Below are positions 14,187 through 20,243 of a DNA stretch of 20,243 nucleotides, piece after piece. The stretch's first letter is position 1. Every line of letters starts with the position of its first letter. The notes beneath the pieces are model-generated. The model ran no database searches. It was given only the letters and a program-made list of their open reading frames with translations, and had not been told where the DNA came from. Origin of the DNA: an uncultured bacterium (GTDB lineage: Bacteria; Lernaellota; Lernaellaia; Lernaellales; Lernaellaceae). Location of the stretch: positions 1 through 20,243 of the forward strand of contig CAZHPN010000111.1 of assembly GCA_964534375.1 (NCBI GenBank). The letters run 5' to 3'. Position numbers and translations under genes: made by a program.

Positions 14187-16996
14187 CCTGGACCCGGGGC
14201 CGCGGCGCCCAGCGCCGCCGCGCAACGCGCGCACAATTCGGGGTGATCGCGGCCGACCGTCGCGTCGCGATTCCAGCACCGTGGACACTTCGGCGCTTTC
14301 GTCGGTTCAAGCCCGACCCGCAGGCCGCCCAGCGCCGCGCTTTCCGCCGCCGTCGCCCCGGGCAACTCCGCCGCGATCGCGACCGACGCCGCCTTGAACC
14401 ACCGCGCCAACTGCGCGCCGTACGCCGCCAGCCAGCCGCCCGCCTCGCCGCCGGCGGCGATGACGATGTCCGCCTCGGCGCTTTCGCGCAGCCGGCCTTG
14501 ATTGCGCGCTTCCTCGACGGCCTTGGTGACGACGCCGCGCGCTTCGAGAATCTGCCGCCAGCGCTCCTGCAACGCCGGGTCGAGCCGCGCGGGCTTCGCC
14601 GGGGCGAAGAGCGCCAGGTGCACGCTTTCGGTCTCGTGGTGCGGCAGGTGCGTCCACGCCTCCTCGGCGGTGAACGAAAAGATCGGCGCCATCAGCCGCA
14701 GCATCTCATCGGCGATGAGGTAGATCGCCGTTTGCGCATTGCGGCGGGCCGGGGCGTCGACCGGGTCGGCGTAAAGGGTGTCTTTCACGACGTCGAGATA
14801 GAAGCTCGACAGATCCACCGAGCAGAAGCCCAGCAGATGGTGATAGACGAGGTGGAACTCGTAGTCGTCGTAGGCTTTGTAGAGGCGCTGTTTGACCTCT
14901 TCCCATTGGCCGAGAATCAGTTTTTCGAGTTCGCCCAGGCGCGCTTCGTCGACCGCGTGCCGTTGCGGATCGAAGCCGTCGAGGCAGCCGAGCATGAAGC
15001 GCACGGTGTTGCGGACCTTGCGGTAGCCGTCGACCAGGCCCGCGACGATCTTGTCGGAAATGCGGATATCTTCGCGGTAATCGGCGCTGGCGGTCCACAG
15101 CCGCAGGATTTCGGCGCCGTATTTGTTGATGATGTCGTCCGGCGGAATCGTGTTGCCGAGGCTTTTGGACATCTTGCGGCCGTCGCCGTCGACGACGAAA
15201 CCATGGGTCAGCACGGCCTTGTACGGGGCGCAGCCGCGCGTGCCGACCGCCGCCAGCAACGTGCTGTGGAACCAGCCGCGGTGCTGGTCGGAGCCTTCGA
15301 GGTACAGGTCGACCGGCGCGCCGAGCTGCGGATCGGTTTCGCAGACCGCCGCGTACGACACGCCCGAATCGAACCAGACGTCGAGGATGTCGCGCTCTTT
15401 GGCGAACTCGCCGCCGCCGCATTTCCGGCATTGGAAACCGGCGGGCAGCAGGTCTTTCGCCGAGCGATCGAACCAGGCGTCGGCGGTTTCCTTCTCGAAG
15501 ATGCCGGCCACGTGGTCGATCAATTCCTTGGTTTGGTGCAATTCGCCGCACTTCGCGCAGGTGAAGGCGATGATCGGCACGCCCCAACTGCGCTGCCGGC
15601 TGATGCACCAATCGGGCCGGTTCTCGACCATGCCGTAAATGCGGTCGCGGCCCCAGCCCGGAATCCACTGCGTTGCCTCGATCGCCGCGAGCGCCTTCCG
15701 GCGCAGGTCGTTGGCCGCCATCGAGATGAACCATTGCTCGGTCGAACGGAAGATGATCGGGTTCTTGCAGCGCCAGCAATGCGGATACTGGTGCTCTTCG
15801 ATGTGCACGCCGAGCAGGTTGCCGGTTTTTTTCAGCGCGTCGTTGACCGCGTCGTTCGCGCCGAAGACATACACGCCCGCCCACTGCGGCACTTCCTTCG
15901 TGAAGCGGCCCTGATCGTCGACCGGCGAGTAGGCGGGCAAGCCGTAATGCAGGCCGACTTCGTAGTCTTCGTGGCCGTGCCCGGGCGCGATATGGACGAT
16001 GCCCGTGCCCGAATCGAGCGTCACGTACTCGGCCAGCACGATGATGCTGTCGCGCAGGTCGAGCGGGTGTCGCGCCCGCCGCTTCTCGAGCGGCGCGGCT
16101 TTGAACTTCGCCAAAATTTTGAGCGGCTTGCCGAACAGATCCATGCAGAACGGCGCGAGCGACTCGGCGAGAATCCAGGCCTCGCCGTCGCCGGCGTCGA
16201 CCAACGCGTAGTCGAATTCCGGATGGAACGCCAGCGCGAGGTTCGCGGGGATCGTCCAGGGCGTGGTCGTCCAAATGAGGACGCTGACCTTGCGGCCCTT
16301 CGCCTCGGGGATGACGTCGGTCACGTCGTCGATCACCGGAAACTTGACGTAGATGCTCGGCGTCGAATGGTCTTGATACTCGACCTCGGCCTCGGCGAGC
16401 GCGGTGACGCAACTCGCGCACCAGTACACCGGCTTGCGGCTCTTGAACACGCTGCCCGCGCCGACGAACTTGCCCAACTCGCGCGCCGTGATCGCTTCGT
16501 ATTGCGGCGCCATCGTCACGTACGGCTTTTCCCACTGGCCCAGGCCGCCCAGGCGCTTGAATTCCGCGCGCTGCACGTCGATGTAGTGGTTGGCGTAGGT
16601 GCGGCACCGCCGGCGGAAAGCGCCTTCCTCGCCGGGCTTCGGCTTGGCTTCGTCCTGCTCCTTCAGCATGGCGTTTTCGATGGGCAGGCCGTGGCAATCC
16701 CACCCGGGCACGTAGGGCGCAAGGCGGTTCTGCATCGTTTTCGATTTGACGATGATGTCTTTGAGCACTTTGTTCAGCGCGGTGCCGAGGTGAATGTGGC
16801 CGTTGGCGTACGGCGGGCCGTCGTGCAGCACGAACTTCGGCCGGCCGGCGCGGGCCGCGAGGATGCGGCGGTAGAGGTCGGACTGGTCCCACGCCGCGAG
16901 CATGATCGGCTCGCGCTTCGCCAAATCCGCCTTCATCGGGAAGTCGGTTTTGGGCAGCAGCAGCGTGTCTTTGTAGTTGCGCTTTTCCCCGCTCAT
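14183..16996 (-). CDS. ileS: Isoleucine--tRNA ligase (type 1)
   Basis: YKDTLLLPKTDFPMK, LHDGPPYANG, GWDCHGLPIE, WTTTPWT, EGSDQHRGWF, KMSKS and a C-terminal CPRC..CARC zinc site; start placed at ATG 16996. Confidence 0.98.
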   Translation of the reverse strand: MSGEKRNYKDTLLLPKTDFPMKADLAKREPIMLAAWDQSDLYRRILAARAGRPKFVLHDGPPYANGHIHLGTALNKVLKDIIVKSKTMQNRLAPYVPGWDCHGLPIENAMLKEQDEAKPKPGEEGAFRRRCRTYANHYIDVQRAEFKRLGGLGQWEKPYVTMAPQYEAITARELGKFVGAGSVFKSRKPVYWCASCVTALAEAEVEYQDHSTPSIYVKFPVIDDVTDVIPEAKGRKVSVLIWTTTPWTIPANLALAFHPEFDYALVDAGDGEAWILAESLAPFCMDLFGKPLKILAKFKAAPLEKRRARHPLDLRDSIIVLAEYVTLDSGTGIVHIAPGHGHEDYEVGLHYGLPAYSPVDDQGRFTKEVPQWAGVYVFGANDAVNDALKKTGNLLGVHIEEHQYPHCWRCKNPIIFRSTEQWFISMAANDLRRKALAAIEATQWIPGWGRDRIYGMVENRPDWCISRQRSWGVPIIAFTCAKCGELHQTKELIDHVAGIFEKETADAWFDRSAKDLLPAGFQCRKCGGGEFAKERDILDVWFDSGVSYAAVCETDPQLGAPVDLYLEGSDQHRGWFHSTLLAAVGTRGCAPYKAVLTHGFVVDGDGRKMSKSLGNTIPPDDIINKYGAEILRLWTASADYREDIRISDKIVAGLVDGYRKVRNTVRFMLGCLDGFDPQRHAVDEARLGELEKLILGQWEEVKQRLYKAYDDYEFHLVYHHLLGFCSVDLSSFYLDVVKDTLYADPVDAPARRNAQTAIYLIADEMLRLMAPIFSFTAEEAWTHLPHHETESVHLALFAPAKPARLDPALQERWRQILEARGVVTKAVEEARNQGRLRESAEADIVIAAGGEAGGWLAAYGAQLARWFKAASVAIAAELPGATAAESAALGGLRVGLEPTKAPKCPRCWNRDATVGRDHPELCARCAAALGAAAPGPG

Positions 16997-17045
16997 AGAT
17001 GTCGCCTTTCGTCCGCCCTTCAAAGGGACGGATTTCGAACGGTAG

Positions 17046-17073
17046 AACATAGCAAAATTCGCCCGGCAGTCAA
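17046..17073 (-). promoter_or_regulatory. Putative sigma70 promoter of the ileS operon
   Basis: Minus strand TTGACT, 16 nt spacer ending in TGC, then TATGTT. Confidence 0.55.
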
Positions 17074-17141
17074 CCGAGAGCCGAACCGGCGCCGTGCCGC
17101 GGGATTCGCGCCTGTTTGTTATTTTGTATTGCCTGCGCCGC

Positions 17142-17169
17142 GAGCCCCGAATCCCGAATCCCGAATCCC
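17142..17169 (-). repeat. Heptamer tandem array (GGGATTC x3 plus one variant)
   Basis: gagcccc gaatccc gaatccc gaatccc, just downstream of the minus-strand stop at 17186. Confidence 0.8.
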
Positions 17170-17185
17170 GGGCCGCCGCCGGCGC

Positions 17186-17887
17186 TCAGTCAGCCGAATC
17201 GTCGTCGCCGTCGGGCGCCAGGCCGCTCTGTTCGTCGACGATCCGCACGGCGCCCACCGGCATCAAAACGCCGCAGTTTTGGCCGGTCTCGGACGTCAGC
17301 ATAAAGCCCCACATGAAGCCTTGAATGCCCTGGGCGGTCAGGCAACCGGAGTAGATCTCAGGGCTTTCGTAATTGCAGCCGAAATCCGTGCCTTTCAGGT
17401 CCACGAAGACCGAGAAACATTGCCCGCTGCCGGAAATGAACGCGCCGAGCCCCGTACCGCTGTCGTTCGAGCCCGGGGTCGTATCGGTGAAGTCTTCCGT
17501 GATGCCGCCGGCCGCCGTCTGGTTGTAAAAATGAAACTTGCATTCGTCTTTGTGCGCGCCGACGTCGTTGTCGGGCGTGTCGTAAACGACGACCAGGCTA
17601 TTCGCGATGTAGTACCCGGTGATGTTCGGCGGATTGCTGCCGGGATAGATCTTCATCCCGTCTTTCTCCAACGTATCGATGTCTTGCTGGCTCAGAAACG
17701 CGCTCACCCCGGGCGGTAGACTGCCGCTGTCGTCGTCGGCCGGCGATTGATCGTCGTCGGCGGGCGCTTGGTCGTCGTCGGCCGGCTGGCTGCTCGAACC
17801 GCTGCTGCTCTTGCCGCTGCACGAGACGCTCACGACGGCGCCGACGCACAACAAAGCCAACAGCGCCAGAAAAAGAGTTCTGTTCAT
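17186..17887 (-). CDS. Hypothetical lipoprotein with PADDD repeat linker
   Basis: Signal peptide ending VVSVSC, Ser-rich segment, QPADDDQAPADDDQSPADDD, then a globular region (GMKIYPGSNPPNITGYY...) with four Cys or more; AAGGAG RBS. Confidence 0.85.
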   Translation of the reverse strand: MNRTLFLALLALLCVGAVVSVSCSGKSSSGSSSQPADDDQAPADDDQSPADDDSGSLPPGVSAFLSQQDIDTLEKDGMKIYPGSNPPNITGYYIANSLVVVYDTPDNDVGAHKDECKFHFYNQTAAGGITEDFTDTTPGSNDSGTGLGAFISGSGQCFSVFVDLKGTDFGCNYESPEIYSGCLTAQGIQGFMWGFMLTSETGQNCGVLMPVGAVRIVDEQSGLAPDGDDDSAD

Positions 17888-18074
17888 TGTTTTCTCCTTT
17901 GCAGCCGCTTGCCTCCGTTTCGCGTGTTTTCTGCTCTCCGCGCCAACGGAAAGACGGTTGCCAGCACATTACGCGCCCGCCGCCCGGGCGGCGTCAAGAT
18001 GAGCCGGCGGCGCCGGCCGCTCTGTAAGAGCGCCTTTCTAGGCGCGATCCTGCGGACGGCGACGCCCGCCGGGC

Positions 18075-18098
18075 GTAGAGGCGCCGCTTGCCGCGCCC
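18075..18098 (+). repeat. Degenerate GTAG-type REP-like hairpin
   Basis: GTAG-AGGCGC-CGCTTGCC-GCGCCC. Confidence 0.4.
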
Positions 18099-18150
18099 CC
18101 CATTAAAAGACCGCCATGCGAAACGCGGTATTTTTGCAACAACCTATCGC

Positions 18151-18185
18151 ACTGCCCATTGCCCGCCGCCCACTGCCCACTGCCC
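18151..18185 (+). repeat. Heptamer tandem array (ACTGCCC-like, 5 units)
   Basis: actgccc attgccc gccgccc actgccc actgccc. Confidence 0.8.
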
Positions 18186-18494
18186 GCTTTCTTTGCGTTG
18201 CCGCCCCGTTCAAGACAACTTTTTTCGAACGGCCCCTCGCGCCCATTTTGGTAGGCCGTTGACCCACGCCGGGTTGGTGCGCCCCGCGCGTCTGACCTGT
18301 CCGCGACCGGACCAGCGGGCGGTTAAATCGTTCGCCGTCGACTTTCCGGCCGCGCGAAAACGATTCGTTGACGGCCCGCGGCGGTCCGTGTAAACAGCGT
18401 AACGAACTGCCGGCCGCATTCTTCAACCGAGTGCCGGGCCGGCGGCGATTTTTCGTGGAACGAACGACCAAAAATCGAAACCGGAGGCTGTCCG

Positions 18495-19865
18495 ATGAAA
18501 CGCGTTAGTTGGCCCTTGTTCCTGCTCCTGACGATCGTCTTGCTCGCCGGCGCCGCCTGCGGCAGTTCCAGCAGCACGAGCAGCGCCCGCCATCCGGCAG
18601 TAGACGACGACAACGACAACGACGACGACAACGACGACAACGACGACAACGACGACAACGACGATAACGACGACAACGACGATAACGACACCGTTGACGA
18701 CGATGACGACAACGACGACAACGACAACGACAACGACGATAACGACGATAACGACGATAACGACGATAACGACGACGATGACGATGACGATGACGACAAC
18801 GACAACGACGACAACGATGACGACGATAACGATGACGACGATAACGACGACGATGACAACGACAATGACAACGACGCGACCCCGGAATGGACGGCGATGA
18901 CGAACGCCAACGCGGACAGCGGGTCGTTATCCGGCGTGTGGGGAAGCTCGGCCTCGGACGTGTTCGCCGTCGGATTTGACGAAACTTCCGTACAGGCGAC
19001 GATTTGGCATTACAATGGTTTCTCGTGGGCCGCGATGATGAACCCCAGCAGGGACCGAGTGCCGTTGTACAGCGTTTGGGGAAGCTCGGCCTCGAACGTG
19101 ATCGCCGTCGGATTTGACGCCGATTCCCAACAGCCGGCGATTTGGCAGTACAACGGTTCCTCGTGGGCGGCGATGACGAACGCCAATACGGACACAGTGC
19201 TGTTGTTTAGCGTTTGGGGAAGCTCGGCCACCGACGTGTTTGCCGGCGGACAGGACAACACTTTCCAACAGGGAGTGATTTGGCACTACGACGGTTCTTC
19301 GTGGGCCGCCATGACGAACGGCGACATAGACAATATGGCCGATATGTTGTTCATGGGCGTCTGGGGAAGCTCGTCCTCGAACGTGTTTGCCGTCGGACAC
19401 GACGGCTCGGACGGCCTCGCAGCGATTTGGCGCTGCGACGGTTCCTCGTGGACGGCGATGACGGACGCCAACGCGGACGTTGAGGAACTGATCGGCGTCT
19501 GGGGAAGCTCGCCCTCGAACGTGTTTGCGGTCGGATACGACGACTCGGACGACCTCGCAGCGATTTGGCAGTACGACGGCTCCTCGTGGGCGGCGATGAC
19601 GGCCTCCAGTATGGACTACATCGAGTTCTTCGGCGTCTGGGGAACCTCCCCCTCGGACGTGTTCGCCGTCGGATATGACGGCGCTGCTTACCCCGCACGG
19701 GCGGCGATTTGGCAGTACAACGGTTCCTCGTGGGCGGCGATGACGATCCCCAGCACGGGCCAAGAGACGTTGGACGGCGTATGGGGAAGCTCGGCCACGG
19801 ACGTGTTCGCCGTCGGATATGACAGTACGAGCGTCAAACCAACGATTTGGCACTACGGCCAATGA
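18495..19865 (+). CDS. Lipoprotein with long Asp/Asn linker and seven WG-S-SDVFAVG repeats (predicted 7-bladed beta-propeller)
   Basis: GGAGG RBS; LLAGAAC lipobox; D/N tract at 18603-18875; seven repeats of about 46 aa with consensus WAAMT..L.GVWGSS.SDVFAVG.D....AIW.YDGSS. Confidence 0.9.
   Translation: MKRVSWPLFLLLTIVLLAGAACGSSSSTSSARHPAVDDDNDNDDDNDDNDDNDDNDDNDDNDDNDTVDDDDDNDDNDNDNDDNDDNDDNDDNDDDDDDDDDNDNDDNDDDDNDDDDNDDDDNDNDNDATPEWTAMTNANADSGSLSGVWGSSASDVFAVGFDETSVQATIWHYNGFSWAAMMNPSRDRVPLYSVWGSSASNVIAVGFDADSQQPAIWQYNGSSWAAMTNANTDTVLLFSVWGSSATDVFAGGQDNTFQQGVIWHYDGSSWAAMTNGDIDNMADMLFMGVWGSSSSNVFAVGHDGSDGLAAIWRCDGSSWTAMTDANADVEELIGVWGSSPSNVFAVGYDDSDDLAAIWQYDGSSWAAMTASSMDYIEFFGVWGTSPSDVFAVGYDGAAYPARAAIWQYNGSSWAAMTIPSTGQETLDGVWGSSATDVFAVGYDSTSVKPTIWHYGQ
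18603..18875 (+). repeat. Coding low-complexity GAC/GAT/AAC tract (91 codons)
   Basis: Only Asp and Asn codons apart from a single Thr-Val interruption. Confidence 0.95.
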
Positions 19866-19914
19866 CGCGGCCTTCCAGGAAACTACGGGCGCTCACCGGT
19901 TTTCTGGGTCGTCT

Positions 19915-19988
19915 AAACCAGGGACCGTCGCCAGTTTTTCGGTGGCTCGCGAAGAAGACCGGCAAAAACGGGCGCCTGTCCCTGGTTT
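19915..19988. repeat. Long imperfect inverted repeat downstream of the propeller gene
   Basis: aaaccagggac (19915-19925) and gtccctggttt (19978-19988) are a perfect 11-bp pair; the arms extend imperfectly to about 30 bp. Confidence 0.8.
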
Positions 19989-20070
19989 CCGCCGGGAACG
20001 GCGGCATGATGCCGTTCGCCGCCAAACACCAACTGGAGATTTCGTTATGCCGGCGCCGGACCTTGCCGGG

Positions 20071-20156
20071 AGCGCCTTGCCAGTCCTGTGTTCAAATCGG
20101 TGTTGGTATAAGCGCCTTGCCAGTCCTGTGTTCAAATCGGTGTTGGTATAAGCGCC
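20071..20156. repeat. Perfect 40-bp tandem duplication
   Basis: agcgccttgccagtcctgtgttcaaatcggtgttggtata at 20071-20110 and 20111-20150, followed by a third agcgcc. Confidence 0.95.
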
Positions 20157-20206
20157 GGTCTCCAGGCCGGCCCCGAAAATTACCCGCACCGCAGGCGCGG
20201 CCCGAC

Positions 20207-20233
20207 GTAGGGGCACAGCGTGTTGTGCCGTTC
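20207..20233 (+). repeat. GTAG-type REP-like hairpin
   Basis: GTAG-GGGCACAGC-GT-GTTGTGCCG-TTC. Confidence 0.6.
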
Positions 20234-20243
20234 CGGTCGCGCG

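Noticed and set aside
16997..17185. T-box or leader attenuator upstream of ileS
   Set aside because: The predicted leader is only about 45 nt and no T-box consensus or terminator is visible.
14243..17719. 1158-aa plus-strand ORF
   Set aside because: Antisense shadow of ileS caused by high-GC codon bias; no protein-like motifs.
17888..18494. Riboswitch or ncRNA in the 600-bp divergent intergenic region
   Set aside because: Only short GC-rich hairpins and repeats are visible, with no recognisable family consensus; an Rfam/Infernal scan would be needed to exclude one.
18323..18910. Poly-Ser minus-strand ORF and poly-Thr alternative-frame ORF
   Set aside because: Alternative readings of the Asp/Asn codon tract.
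20071..20156. Possible CRISPR mini-array
   Set aside because: The repeats are directly adjacent with no unique spacers, and no cas genes are in the window.

Overview
GC-rich bacterial chromosomal segment, mostly housekeeping and envelope genes. The ileS-lspA-lgt layout, the Lgt GRxGC..GCCYG variant and the Asp-rich lipoproteins suggest a deltaproteobacteria-like lineage (inference). In order: 3' end of feoB and its Cys-rich partner; a short WG-repeat lipoprotein; an S41 peptidase with an Ig-like tail; an unknown lipoprotein; a DUF4258/YgiT zinc-finger putative toxin-antitoxin pair; dtd; an SDR; two oligopeptide-type ABC permeases coupled to an ADP-forming acyl-CoA synthetase; a probable internally deleted IS110-family remnant; a lipoprotein esterase; the operon ileS-lspA-lspA-lgt-lipoprotein; and two Asp-rich lipoproteins, one with a 91-codon Asp/Asn tract and seven propeller repeats. 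The most unusual signals are non-genic: REP-like hairpins (one in-frame within a gene end, one split by a 40-bp tandem duplication), heptamer arrays that supply the last codons of two genes, and the mini-IS110 relic. No rRNA, tRNA, CRISPR array or intact transposase was seen. No clearly new multi-gene system can be demonstrated from sequence alone.
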